A DNA stretch of 64,000 nt from Okamejei kenojei (taxonomy: Eukaryota), in NCBI GenBank assembly GCA_035221665.1, contig CM069145.1:18166001-18230000 (forward strand). Direction: 5' to 3'. Positions 1-13,150 of the stretch are shown one piece after another; within the stretch, counting starts at the first letter, position 1; every line of letters starts with the position of its first letter. The notes beneath the pieces are model-generated. The model was not told the DNA's origin. It worked only from the letters and a program-made list of their open reading frames with translations, and made no database searches. The translations under genes and the position numbers were made by a program.

Positions 1-559
1 GATAAGTAGGAACACAAAGGAATCAGAACCAAATGGAACAGGGAGGAAGACTGGGGTGAAATAAAAGTGTACTAAGTGGATTGAACCAGGACGGGGAGGG
101 GATAAAAATGGGTCGTGGGAGGGAGTGGATATGGAAAAGGTGACAGCTGAAGAATGGACGGAAAGAGAGAGAGGGAGTGGAGGAGGAAAACACACTGGAG
201 GTGAGTGTTACCTATCATGGGAAAATTTAGTGTTTACACTACTGTGTCATAGTTTGTGTTGGCCCTCACTCTGGCCGTGAAGGCCATGGATGGGTAAGTT
301 GGCATGTGAATGTAAAGAGAGTTGGCAAAGGAATGGCATGCAACTAGGAGTTTGGGGAGGCCTTTGTCGACAGAGCGCAGGTGTCTGCAAATTGGTCACC
401 CAGTTTGGGCTTGGTCTCACCGATGCAGAGAGTATTGGTTAAGCAATGCTTGGAATACTGTGCACAGATTGGTTCCCTCACATAAGGTTACACTGGAAAT
501 GGAGACATTTCAAAAGGGATTCAGTTGGATAACATGGTTGTCTTATGGGTAATATTGCT

Positions 560-975
560 GCAATGCTATGGATATTGGCCAAATAAATTAGATCCATATT
601 CTTTGGAGTTTTGAAGAACAAGGGGTGATCTTCACTTGTTCGAAGGAACAAGTTGGTGGACGCTGTTACTTTCCCACAAGTGCAAACATTTTGAACAAGA
701 GGGTGCACTTAAAAAAAATTAGAGGGCAGTCATTTAAAATTGGGATATGTAGGAACTTCTTGTTTCAAAGGGTGATGAAATTCAATAATTAATTGTCCGA
801 GAGGATTGAGGAGGCTAGATCTTTGGGTGTATTTAAATAGGAAATATAACCTTTGGGGAATTGGTACTGCAGAGGACTGGAAGGCTGGGCAGATCATACC
901 ATGTTTGTATTGAATGGGGGTGGGATAGAGGGTCTAGATAGCCTACCTTTGTTTCTACTTTGTTCTAATGTTGAG
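560..975 (+). mobile_element. Old CR1 LINE 3' fragment
   Basis: Degenerate match to the CR1 ORF2 end and 3'UTR seen in younger copies in this window (ACAAGAGGG..., ATTGAATGG..., CCTACC...TTTGTTCT). Confidence 0.6.
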
Positions 976-1189
976 TTTTCAAGCATGTTAATTTTCTCAA
1001 TGAAGTAATTTTTATTTTCTATTTCACAATTTTGTAATCATTTTTCTCTTCTTGGTAACTTAGTTTAGTCATTTCAAGCTTACATTTCAAATTTAATTAG
1101 TAGAAAATTACAGTGAAAGAGTAGTTGAAATTATACAAGTGGAAAAACAGAAATAAAGAGAGGAGTTTTTATCACATGCTTGGACTTAC

Positions 1190-1290
1190 TTGCTGATAAT
1201 TTTGGCACGCTTTGCACTTGAGAAGTTCTCCACCTGAAGTGATTCTTGAGTGAGAAAAGCAACAGCCAGATGAAAATAGTTGTTCCATAA
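1190..1290 (-). CDS. DOCK1: DOCK1 internal coding exon (101 bp)
   Basis: Minus strand reads taatttacag|TTATGGAAC...ATCAGCAA|gtaagt. It translates [33 protein letters not shown](K), near-identical to vertebrate DOCK1 as recalled ([34 protein letters not shown]). Phase is compatible with the exon at 22443-22521. Confidence 0.95.
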
Positions 1291-1869
1291 CTGTAAATTA
1301 GATAGTAGAGGAAAGTTAGACACAAATAATGAAATAAACAATGTGTAGAATTATGGCAAATAGTTATGGTTTTATAGTTTACTGCCTGCAGATTTAGATT
1401 TATTTTTCCCCAGGTTTTACAGTAGAAATAATGGTTTCAATGTCACTGCTTATCATCATTAAATAACAAATACTAAGAATAGCATGCACAGGCAACTGCA
1501 TAAATCTGTAAGTTGCTATCTAATTGTCCATACTCCCATAGAAGTTTCAAGACTTGACAGTGAAACACATATAATGTGTAATATTGCTGCAATGCTCTAT
1601 GTCCCTGCTAAATTTGTTAGGAAAGTTAAATGTTAACAAAATTTGTAGCATGATAATCGTTAAATTATATAAATTTACAGCACAAAACGGGGGCACTTAG
1701 CCCATGTGTAAGTTATCACAAAACAGAGGAAATGAATAACTAGAATTCAACCAACTATGTACAACTGCTAATATCGTATGTGACAAAGGTTGGAATAAAC
1801 AGTTTCAGGAATGTGATGGGCAAGCATGTGAATAATGTTTCCTTCCTGTCAAAGCTAAATTAGTATAAT

Positions 1870-2190
1870 GATAGTCTCAAGGGTATGTACATTGGTCTGG
1901 GAGAGGCTTTGATGTTATATTGCTTAACTTGACACTGAATTTGGAGCATTTTGTGCTGATATCGCATTTGTATTTTACATGACTATTGTAGCCAGTCCAC
2001 ATCTCAAAAGAATACAGATGGGTGGGGATCAGTGCCATCTGGTAGAACTTGAGCTTTGTGCTGGATATGAGATCTTGATATCTCTCAGTGTGCCAGCATT
2101 GCCTTTGCCAATCTGCTGTGAGCAATTTCAATATTGATGACTGCCTTTGTTGAGAGGTGTTGCTAAGACATGGGAAGTAGTCCATATTTT
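1870..2190 (-). mobile_element. RTE-clade LINE remnant (ORF C-terminal part)
   Basis: Translation TKLKFYQMALIPTHLYSFEMWTGYNSHVK resembles the RTE/BovB motif TKLKVYxAxVxxxLLYxxETWTxYxxH. Confidence 0.6.
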
Positions 2191-2689
2191 CCTAAAGTCT
2201 AATCATGGACAAAATCAAAGGAATCAATCCGTGACTTCAGAAAGGGGAATTTGGAAGACCATGTTATAGTGACAGATTTTTATATCGTTTCAAGGAATCT
2301 TTCCTTTAGCCACTATGATTGAAGACAGGGGTTCAGGAGATAATCGACACGCACTCACTAGATCTCCACGAGACATTCAATGCCGTCGAAAGTTAAATCT
2401 TCCAAATACAGTCTCTTATTGTAGTAATAAAAACAGTAAGATATTAATCCAAACTTCTTCTTGTACAAATACATTTTGATCTTACTCGTGGTCAAACTCT
2501 TGCATGGTCAAAAGCTGTGACCTCTTCACCATGCTTCTTCAAACTAAACTAACTACTAGGGAGTTTGCACGAGAATCCCAGCCGCAAACTACAGACTACG
2601 TATAAATCCCACCCACATCATTACAGGCAGATATAATCTAAAGGTAACTGGTTGTTCTTATAAGATACTGAGTTAAGCTAAATGGCTAC

Positions 2690-4790
2690 TACACATGTGT
2701 TCGTTTCCATTGGTAGGTTGGCAGTGGAGTGAGTTAACAGCTTCAAATTCCTGGGGATTAACATTTTGGATGACTTGTCCTGGATCCAGCACAGAGATGT
2801 AATCGTAGTGTATGCATATAGTGTAGCAAAGTGTGGAGTCATGCATTTTGGTAGTGGGAATACAGTCATAGATTATTTTCTAAATGGAGGGAAAATCTAG
2901 AAATTGCAAAGGGATGTGGATAAATGTGAGGTTATCCACTTTGGTAGCAAAAACAGGAAGGCAGATTACTATCTAAATGGTGTCAAGTTGGGAAAAGGGG
3001 AAGTACAACGGGATCTGGTGGTCCTTATTCATCAGTCAATGAAAGTAAGCATGCAGGTGCAGCGAATGGCATGTTGGCCTTTATAACAAGATGAGTTGAG
3101 TATAGGAGCAAAGAGGTCCTTCTGTAGGTGTATAGGGCCCTAGTGAGACCACACCTGGAGTATTGTGTGCAGTTTTGGTCCCCTAATTTGAGGAAAGACA
3201 TTCTTGCTATTGAGGGAGTGCACCGTAGGTTTACTAGGTTAATTCCTGGCATGGCGGGACTGTAATATGCTGAGAGAACGGAGCAGCTGGGCTTGTATAC
3301 TCTGGAGTTTAGAAGGATGAGAGGGGATCTTATTGAAACATATAAGATTATTAAGGGTTTGGACACGCTAGAGGCAAGAAACATGTTCCCGATGTTGGGG
3401 GAGTCCAGAACCAGGGGACACAGTTTAAGAATAAGGGGTAAGCCATTTAGAACAGAGATGAGGAAACACTTTTTCTCACAGAGAGTTGTGAGTGTGAAAT
3501 TCTCTGCTTCAGAGGGCGGTGGAGGCTGGTTCCCTGGATACTTTCAAGAGAGCTAGATAGGGATCTTAAAGATAGTTGAGACAGGGGATATGGGGAGAAG
3601 GCAGGAACAGGGTACTGATTGAGGATGATCAGCCATGATCACATTGAATGGCGGTGCTGGCTCAAATGGCCAAATGGCCTACTCCTGCACCTATTGTCTT
3701 GACTTGGGAGTGCTGGTGCAGGGTTCCCAAAAAGTTAATCTGCAAGTCAAATTGGTAGTAAAGAAAGCAAATGCAATGCTAGCATTTATTTCGAGAGGGC
3801 TTGCGTACAAAAGCACAGATGTAATGCTGAGGCTCTATAAAGGCGCTGATCAGGCCACGTTTGGAATATTGTGAGCAATTTTGGGCACCATATCTGAGGA
3901 AGGATGTGCTGGTTCTGGAGCGTCCAGAGGAGGTTTTACAAGAATGATCCTAGGAATGAGTAGGTTATCATATTATGAGCGTTTGACGGCATTTGGCCTG
4001 CACTCGCTGGAGTTTAGAAGAATGAGGGGGGACCTCATTGAAATGTACAGAATAGTGAAAGTCTTGGATAGAGTGGATGTGGAAAGGATGTTTCCACTAG
4101 TGGAAGACTGTAGGACTAGTGGTTATAGCCTCAGAATTAAAGGATGTTCTATTAGGAAGTAGATGAGAAGGAATTTATTTAAGCAAAGGGTGTTGAATCT
4201 GTGGAATTCTTTGCCACAGAAGGTTGTGGCCATGTCTTTGGATATATTTAAGGCAGAGATAGATAGATTTTTGATTAGGACAGGTGTAAGAGGTTACAGG
4301 GATAAGGCAAGAGAATAGGGTTAAGAGGAAGAGATAGATCAGCCATGATTGAATGGCGGACTAGACCAGATGGGCCGAATGGCTTAATTCTCTTCCTATC
4401 ACTTATGAATCATGAAAAAGGTGCACCAGTGCATATACTTTTAAAAAACATTTAGACATGTGTTATGTCACTGAATTCTTTAAAAGGTTATATAGATGCA
4501 TTGCAGAAAGCATCCTGACTGGCTGCATCATGGCCTGGCACAGCAATCCCATCAAACAGGTTCAAGCGTCTGAAGAGTGCAATGATACAGCTGGTCGATC
4601 ATGGGCACAGCCCTCCAGCCCACCATTAAAGGAATCTACATAAGCATGGCCTCATGAAGGCAGCATCTATCAGCCAGGGTGTCTGGTCCATGCCCATTTC
4701 TTGTTGCTACCATTTGGCTGGAGGTACCATACCGTCAAATTCAGGAACAGCTACTTTCCTACAACCAGCGTTTTTCTTTGCAGATAAAAA
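2690..4790 (+). mobile_element. Rex1/Babar-type LINE 3' remnant (2690-2820 and 4420-4790), split by nested CR1 copies
   Basis: SFKFLGINI and ESILTGCIMAW motifs match the better Rex1-type copy at 18785-21060. Confidence 0.6.
2822..4415 (+). mobile_element. Two nested CR1 3' fragments (inner younger copy about 2912-3698)
   Basis: [19 protein letters not shown] and LEFRRMRGDLIE motifs each occur twice. The outer copy resumes at about 3700 (GACTTGGGAGTG). CR1 3'UTRs at about 3620-3698 and 4335-4415. Confidence 0.9.
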
Positions 4791-5279
4791 TTTGCTATTG
4801 CGCACATCAATTAAAAATCAAGCTACATTTGTCAACACCTTTTTCCATCAATATACTGCTCTCTTCTGTTTTGATTTTGTGATCAATCAACTTCTTATTT
4901 AATAAAATAATAACTAAAAAGTCTAAATTCGCATGTTACAAATGTGAAAATCTATGTGCCAGTATGCCATACCAGGGTGTACCATCACTTAAAAAGCACT
5001 GCCTACAACCATTAGCTTCCCAAACAGGCATGCTCAACCTTATTTTAGCTATTTATTTGTCGTGACTTGTTTTTGCACAACCTTTTATTTTCCACTGTCT
5101 TGTATAATTTATGTATAATGTTTATTTCTCAGTCTATATGCCCTGGGATGCTGCTGCAAGCAAAATTTTCATAGTACCTGTACCTCACCGTATCTGTGTA
5201 CATGATAATAAATTTGAATTGATGCTTTATTGAACTAAATAAACTTGGACTGGCCTTGCAAACAAGGATAAAAGGAATA

Positions 5280-5860
5280 TCCATCTACAAAATGCAAGGT
5301 TCATGTCACCTTCTCTTGGAGTGGAGGTGATAGAGGTCGTGGATGAGTTCCAATCTGTGAATGCAATTCTGCACTGAGGAATATTGCGAAAAGTGTTGGG
5401 TAACGATGCAACTTTGTTTTGCACCAACCTTCACTAGGATTGGGTCTGTATGGATAAGATCACAACATGCATGCCACTGTATAGCAGCCAAATTTGAGAA
5501 GGATACTCCCAAGTCCTTCTTCATTTATAGTCAAAGACTTTGTGAAGTCAACAAACATTGTGTTGAATTGTTGATGCCACTCTTTGCATTCTTCTCAGAA
5601 TTGTTAGAAAGTGAAGATTACACCCGCTGCACATTTGCACGGAGGGAATCCAATTTGCAACTTAGGAATCACCTCTGTGGTTGATACAATAATTTTGCAG
5701 ACAGCAGGAATAACATTCTATGGTTACAGCAACTGGATTTGTCTTCTTTTTTGAAGATCGCCACTGACCATCTGTGATATCCATTGCTTTATCCTCCTTT
5801 TCCAAGATATGGGACAATAGTCGTGTGACACAATACCCTAATCATGGCGAAAGCTGTGTA
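5280..5860 (-). mobile_element. RTE-clade LINE RT remnant
   Basis: Minus frames give MFVDFTKS...EEGLGSILLKFGC and VKVGAKQSC, degenerate forms of the RTE motifs FVDLTKAFD...GLWxILxKFGCP and GVKQGC. Confidence 0.65.
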
Positions 5861-6254
5861 TTACACATTTCAAGTATGACTTAATTGCTCTAATATTCAC
5901 CAACCAAACAAAATGGTGTCTCATTTAGCTTCTTAACCATCACTTTGACCTCTTTTGCTACCTTTAGGGTTCTGGATTACTTCTACGTTTCCCATACTCG
6001 TACTATTCCTTTGCCTTTGTCTGTGCTTTCCTGATCCATTAATTTGCAGTACCCATTATTTCTGCCATTGTCTACCCAGTGCCTTCCTGTGGTCAACCAC
6101 TTTTTCAATCATTGAAAAGTAGGACCTTCAGACACAATAGTATCTGTCCTGAAATTCTAAAATTAGTGAAGAGCTCAATTCTATTACATTGTCACCCACA
6201 TCTAGAAAGGGGAGGAAATTGGACATCACGTGACCATCTGCAAATTTATTTTGC

Positions 6255-6385
6255 AGTCAGACTGAAGAAGTCCCACCCAAAACGTCACCTATCCACGTTC
6301 TCCAGAGAAGCTGCCTGAGCCGCTGAGTTACTCTGGCACTTTTTGTCTTTTTTTGTAAACCAGCATCTGCAGTTCCTTGTTTCTG
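6255..6385 (+). mobile_element. Penelope pLTR-derived repeat with degenerate hammerhead core
   Basis: CTGAAGAAG...AAAACGTCACCTATCC...CCAGCATCTGCAGTTCCTT; same family as 57914-58250. Confidence 0.7.
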
Positions 6386-6838
6386 CTCAATACATTTCCT
6401 TATCCTGCTAAGCCTTGCCAAATAGCATGAGAGTAATCTTCTCATCATTAAAACACTCCTTAGTTATCATACTCTTTTCCTGCTACTGCCAAAATTAAAG
6501 CAAACTTTAAAAAAAGAGTACAGATGCTGGAAATCTGAAAGTGTTAGATTTAGCTTCACAGTCTCCCTTGGATCCTGTTGACTGTTAGTGTTCTGATCAG
6601 ACTGCCATTTGGAACCTTGTCAAACAACTTGCTAAAATCCATGTACTACATTTCAAATGCCCTGCACTCACCAATTCTTGTTAACTTCATAAAAAATTCA
6701 AGTGTTAATCAGAAACAACCGTCCTTCAATAAATGCCTGATTAATGTGTGCCTTCATAAGTGATAATTTATAGTATTCCTTAGAATGCTTCCAATAATTT
6801 GACTATCAGCAATGCTTGGCTGACTGGCTTATAATTAC

Positions 6839-7035
6839 TATTCAAGAAGGAACTGCAGATGCTGGAAAATCGAAGGTAGACAAAAATGCTGGAAAAACTC
6901 AGCGGGTGAGGAAGCATCTATGGAGCGAAGGAAATAGGCAACGTTTCGGGTCGAAACCATTCGAAACGTTGCTTATTCCCTTCGCTCCATAGATGCTGCC
7001 TCACCCGCTGAGTTTCTCCAGCATTTCTGTCTACC
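6839..7035 (-). mobile_element. Penelope pLTR foldback insertion with 15-bp TSD
   Basis: Long inverted repeat centred near 6960, flanked by the direct repeat CTGGCTTATAATTAC (6824-6838 and 7036-7050). Confidence 0.85.
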
Positions 7036-8252
7036 CTGGCTTATAATTACATAGTTTATCCATTTCCACTAACTAAAGAAAGGTACCACTTTAAAAGCTT
7101 GACAGACTTCTGGTACCTTGTCTAAGGACAGAGATTTAGGAAAATAAATTGCCAGGGTATCCTGCATTTCTGCCCTCATTTCTCAACCTGCAATGTATTT
7201 TCTCTGGACATGGAAAAGCCGTCTCTTCTTTTAATACTCAAAATCAAACATTTCATATTTCACCTCAAGTATCATGTCCATACCATACTATTATATTTGT
7301 AATGGTAGAATTCAATGTATTCAAACTATGCATTCCATTTCTACACACAAGCTTTGTTCTTGGTCTCTATTTGGTCCTATTATTTTCTTTATTATTATCC
7401 TATTTCCTCTAGTGTATTATAGTGCTGCTGTTGCTTTCTTGGAGTTTTTCAAGAAAACACTTCCATTTTCTTGGAGTTGTCATACAGGAAATATCATGAA
7501 ACATTGTGCCAGATGGACAGAATTCACTCAGCGATTCAAGGTGCAGCTCTTCAACCACTTGGAGAATGCGGGTGAGGAGATCCTGCCAATGATTTTAGCT
7601 GTGTGGGCAGCAATTAGACTTGATTCCGACCTTGATGATGCTAATGATAGATAATCTCCAAGGTCCACTAGAATCTCCTCCCCTTCCCAGATGTGAGCGA
7701 TGAAGTAATATAATTGAGCTCTTCACCTAATTTCAGCATAGATACTATCTATTCTGAAGGCCCTACCTTTCAATTGGGAATAAGGTATTTTTCACTTGTT
7801 GGTTGTCAGGAGTGACAACAAGACCTAAGTGGATGGAAGCAGTAAGTTCTTCATGCTTTGTACATTTCACCAAATCAGTCTTGCTTCTTCTTATTAGAGA
7901 AGCCCTGCCCTCCCACCATTAATACTGGTGCAGATTGATGCAGACACATTTGTAGTTCCTTGATTTGGTGATGGCGTGATCTAGCAGGGACCAATGTCTT
8001 GCTCAGGTCTCTCTTAATAAACAGCGGAAGAGTTATGATGAGATTGTGCATCAATTTGCCACGAGAAGAACATGGTTGGAGTTATATTTTCTGACTTGTT
8101 CTTTGTTAATAATGCCTTGCCGCAGGATTATGTCCTTTCTGACTGGCACTGAAGTTATTAGCAGGATCTGTTTGATTCCCTTTGGATGCAGACTGGGGTT
8201 TTGCAATGTCGGAGTAGACATTCTCATTGACCTCTCCAGAAGCTTTAAAAGT

Positions 8253-11200
8253 TAGGATATGCACACTGGTGACCATAGGATAAACCAGCCCGGATGTAAC
8301 GTGTAAGTTGCAGCAGGAGTTAAAACTGGCATGTAACAAAGGTAATGCCACTGTGGTTATGGGGGATTTCAACATGCAGGTAGACTGGGAAAATCAGGTA
8401 GGTTCAGGACCCCAAGAAAGAGAGTTTGTAGAGTGCCTCCGAGATGGATTCTTAGAGCAGCTTGTAGTGGAGTCGACCAAAGAAAAGGCAATTCTGGATT
8501 TAATGAACCAGATTTGATACGAGAACGCGAGGTTAAGGAACCTCTTGGAGGTAGTGATCATAATATGATTAGTTTTAATCTGCAATTTGAGAAGGAGAAG
8601 GTTGAGTCGGAAGTGTCAGTGATGCAGTTGAACAAAGGGGACTATGGAGGCATGAGAGAGGAGCTGGCCAAGGCAGACTGGAAAAGGATCCTAGCAGGAA
8701 TGACAGTGGAACAGCAATTGCAGGAATTTTTGATCCGAAAAAAGTATTGGGTAGGCTAATGGGACTGAAGGATGATAAATCCCTTGGGCCGGATGGTCTG
8801 CATCCCAGCGTCCTAAGGGAGGTGGCTCTAGAAATAGTGGATGCATTGGTGATCATTTTCCAATGTTCAATAGATTCAGGATCAGTTCCTGTGGATTGGA
8901 GGATAGTTAATGTTATCCCACTTTTCAAGAAAGGAGCGAGAGAGAAAACGGAGAATTACAGACCAGTTAGCCTGACTTTGGTGGTGGGAAAGATGCTGGT
9001 CAATCATTAAAGAGGTAATAATGGGGCATTTGGATAGCAGTAAAGGATTAGTCCAAATCAGCATGGATTTATTAAAGGAATATCATGCTTGACTAATCTT
9101 CTGGAATTTTTTGAGGATATGACAAGCAAAATGGATGAAGGGGAGCCAGTGGATGTAGTGTATCTAGACTATCAGAAAGCCTTTGGTAAGGTCCCGCATG
9201 GGTGACTGGTGACTAAAATTTCTGGGCATAATCCGGAAGACGCAGGATCATTTCATTCCAAAAAGGAAGAAAGATTCTAAGGGGAGTAGGAGGCAACCGT
9301 GGCTGACAAGAGAAGTTAGGGATAGAATAAAACTAAAAGAAAAGGTGTATAACACTGCAAAGAGCAGCCAGAAGCCAGAGGATTGGGAAACTTTCATAAG
9401 ACAACAGAAGGAAACAAAACGGGCAATTTGGGCTGAAAAGATGAAGTACGAAGGGAAGCTGGCCAGGAATATAAAGAAGGACAGTAAAAGCTTCTTTAGA
9501 TATGTTATGGGAAAAAGAGTAGCAAAGTCAAATGTGGGTCCCTTGAAGGTTGACGGGTTTAATTATTACGGGCAACAAGGAAATGGCAGAAGAGTTGAAT
9601 AGGTACTTTGGATCTGTCTTCACTGAGGAAGACACAATCTCCCAGATGTACTGGAGGACAGAGGATCTAAGGGGGGTAGAGGAACTGAAATACATTTTCA
9701 TCAGGCGAGAAATAGTATTTGGGTAGGTTAATGGGACTGAAAGATGATAAATCCTTTGGGCCTGATGGTCTGCATCCCAGGGTCCTCAGGGAGGTGGCTC
9801 TAGAAATAGTGGACGCATTGGTGATAATTTTCCAATGTTCAATAGATTCAGGATCAGTTCCTGTGGATCGGAGGATAGCTAATGCTATCCCAGTTTTCAA
9901 GAAAGGAGCAGGAGAGAAAACGGGGAATTACAGACCAGTTAGCCTGACTTCGGTGGTGAGAAATATGCTGGAGTCAATTATTAAAGAGGTAATAATGAGG
10001 CATTTGGATAGCAGTAAAAGGATTAGTCCAAGTCAACATGGATTTATGAAAGGGAAATCATGCTTAACTAATCTTCTGGAATTTTTTGAGGATGTGACAA
10101 GTAAAATGAATGAAGGGGAACCAATGGATGTAGTGTATCTAGACTTTCAGAAAGCCTTTGATAAGGTCCCGCGTGGGAGACTGGTGACTAAAATTAGAGC
10201 ACATGGAATTGGGGGTAGGGTGTTGACATGGATAGAAAATTGGTTGGCAGACAGGAAGCAAAGAGTAGGAGTGAACTGGTCCTTTTCACAATGGCAAGCA
10301 GTGGCAAATGGAGTGCCGCAAGTCTTGGTGTTGGGGCCGCAACTGTTTATCATATATATTAATGATTTGGAAGAGGGAATTAGGAGCAACACTAGCAAGT
10401 TTGCGGATGACACAAAGCTGGGTGGCAGTGTGAACTGTGAAGAGGATGTTAGGAGGTTGCAGGGTGACCTGGACAGGTTGAGTGAGTGGGCAGATGTGTG
10501 GCAAATGCAGTATAATATAGATAAATGTGTGGTTATCCACTTTGGTGGCAAAAACAAGGGGGCAGATTATTATCTCAATGGGGTTAGGTTAGGTAAGGGG
10601 GAGGTGCAGTGAGTCCTGGGTATTCGTGTAAACCAGTCACTGAAAGTAGCCGTGCAGGTACAGCAGACAGTGAAGAAAGCTAATGGAATGTTGGCCTTCA
10701 TAACAACAGGATTTCAGTATAGGAGTAAAGAGGTTCTTCTGCAGTTGTATAGGGCTCTGGTAAGACCACATCTGGAGTATTGTGTCTCCTAATTTGAGGA
10801 AGGACATCCTTGTGATTGAGGCAGTGCAGCGTAGGTTCACGAGATTGATCCCTGCGATGGCCGGACTGTCAGATGAGGAAAGATGGAAAAGACTGGGCTT
10901 GTATTCACTGGAGTTTAGAAGGATGAGGGGGATCTTATAGAACAAATAAAATTATAAAAGGACTGGCAAGCTAGATGCAGGAAAAATGTTCCCAATGTTG
11001 GGCGAGTCCAGAACCAGGGGCCACAGTAATAGAATAAAGGGGAGGCCATTTAAGACAGGGATGAGAAAAAACTTTTTCACCCAGAGAGTTGTGAATTTGT
11101 GGAATTTCCTGCCACAGAGGGTAGTGGAGGCCAAATCACTGGATGGATTTAAGAGAAAGTTAGAGCTCTAGCGGCTAGTGGAATCAGGGGATATGGGGCG

Positions 11201-11312
11201 AAAGCAGGCACGGGTTATTGATTGGGGACGATCAGCCATGATCACAATGAAAGGCGGTGCTGGCTCGAAGGGCCGAATGGCCTCCTCCTGCACCTATTTT
11301 CTATGTTTCTAT
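8253..11312 (+). mobile_element. CR1 LINE, 5'-truncated ORF2 (endonuclease end plus RT), internally rearranged
   Basis: VMGDFN and SDHN (APE endonuclease), NYRPVSLTS, YLDFQKAFDKV, GVPQ and KFADDTKLGG (RT; ORF 9719-10612). 3' tail TTTCTATGTTTCTATG. Confidence 0.95.
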
Positions 11313-11387
11313 GACCTCACCAAAGTGAAAGAATCACAGAAAACCCACCTCAAATCTGGTTGCCCGCCACTATCCAATTACATTACA

Positions 11388-12140
11388 CAGAGATGCCAAC
11401 CCTAAATTTAGTTCACAGTAACATTCAACCCATTTGTCCGTAACAAATGGCGTTAAATGCATTTATCTCCGTAACGTACTCACTTGGGGTTGTTGCCGGC
11501 GGCTATGCGCCTGCGCACTGGTGCAGATCAGCGGGCTGCCGGCGGGCGGGTGCGGCACATGCGCACTTGGCAAGGTTGCCGGCAGGTCTGCGCCTGCGCA
11601 CTGGGTGGGGGTGGGGGTGGGGGGGAGGCCCGGTGATGGGGCTGCCGCGAGCGGCCGGCTGGCGGCAAGAAAGTGCCGCTGATCGCGTGGGCCGGCGCCG
11701 CCCGGGCTCTGGGCCGGGCGTGGCGTGGCTCGAAATGGCGCCAGGCCCGGCAACCCTCCCCCACTGCGCACGCGCGGCCACTGGGGCCCGGCAACCCTCC
11801 CCCCACTGCGCACGCGCGGCCACTGGGGCCCGGCAACCCTCCCCCCACTGCGCACGCGCGGCCACTGGGGCCCGGCAACCCTCCCCAACTGCGCAGGCGC
11901 GGACACTAGGGCCCGGCAAAGTGCCGCTGATCGCGCGGGCCGGCGCCGCCCGGGCTCTGGGCCGGGCGTGGCTGCGAGCTGCCGGGCTGGCAAACCCGGG
12001 ACACATGGCGCCGGCGTTCACCACGGGAGGAACACCGGCGCGGCGGTGTTCCATAACAGCATGTTTGGCTGCCGGAACACCGTAAAAAGGTTATTTCGCC
12101 GGGACAAAATACGGCGAATCCGGGACACTTGGCATCTCTG
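11388..12140. mobile_element. Non-autonomous TIR DNA transposon (P- or hAT-like), GC-rich with internal tandem repeats
   Basis: Perfect 12-bp TIR CAGAGATGCCAA / TTGGCATCTCTG. Flanking direct repeat CATTACA (11381-11387 and 12141-12147). Internal 39-bp tandem units at about 11744-11900. Confidence 0.85.
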
Positions 12141-12199
12141 CATTACATGATGGTTTTGGATGCCACCAAGAAGAAATGTATGATATATTCATTTTACAC

Positions 12200-13150
12200 G
12201 GAGAGTCATAGGTGCCTGGAACGTCATGCAATGGAAGGTGGTAGTAGCTAATGCGACAGAGAGTGTTTAAGAAGCATTTTGCCACACATGAACAGGCAGA
12301 AATAGAGGGATACAGACTATGTGCCAGCTGATGGGATTAGTTAAATTAACATCATGGTTAGCGGGGGCGTGGTGGTCCAAAGGGCCCGTTCCTATGTGTG
12401 CTATGTTCAATGCTTGTTCCATGATGACCTTTACATTGTAACATTAACAGAGGGGTCTACCACAGATTCAGAACTCACTTACTCGAGGAAGATAGAGGAT
12501 GGAAATAGAGCTGGCTTACCGATGGAAGCAGAGGGGTGTGGTGGAAAGGCAATATTCAGGCTGGAGGTCTATAACCAGTGGAGTTCCTCAGGGATCTGTG
12601 CTGGGACGGCCTCTGTTTGTGATATATGTAAATTACGTAAATAAACGTAGATGGGTTGGCTAATATGTTTACAGATGACATAAAGATTGCTGTGGTTGTG
12701 AGGAGGGCTGTCAAAGTATACAGTGGTAGACACAAAATGCTGTAGTAACTCAGCAGGACAGGTAGCAACACTGGAGAAGGAATGAGTGACATTTCAGGTC
12801 TCAACCCGAAACGTCACCCATTCCTTCTCTCCAGAGATGCTGCCTGTCCTGCTGAGTTACTCCAGCATTTTGTGCCTACCTTCGATTTAAATCAGCATCT
12901 GCAGTTCTTTCCTTCACAACGTATACAGTGGGATATGGATCAGCTATAGAATTGGGCAAACAGGTGGCAGGTCAAGTTTAATTTGAGCAGTGTGCGGTGG
13001 TGCAGGTTGGGATATCGAATGTAAGGGTAAAATATACAATTAATGGCAAGACCTTTAACAACATTGATGTACAAAGAGATTTTGGGATCGATGTCCATAG
13101 CTCCTTGAAAGTGGAAACACTAGTAGATAAAGAAGGTATATGGTGATAGT
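12200..13150 (+). mobile_element. Degenerate CR1 fragments
   Basis: GVPQGSVLG and FTDDIKI RT motifs, plus a CR1 3'UTR at about 12300-12410. Confidence 0.7.
12727..12920 (+). mobile_element. Penelope pLTR foldback insertion with 11-bp TSD, inside CR1
   Basis: Inverted repeat around 12800, flanked by GTATACAGTGG (12716-12726 and 12921-12931). Confidence 0.85.

Noticed and set aside
5227-5427. ORF starting MVQNKV, resembling the end of the preceding DOCK1 exon
   Set aside because: Wrong order relative to the real exons, no further similarity and no splice sites; it lies in an RTE RT remnant.
11434-12150. Long overlapping ORFs (up to 212 aa) on both strands
   Set aside because: Artefact of extreme GC content and 39-bp repeats inside a TIR element.
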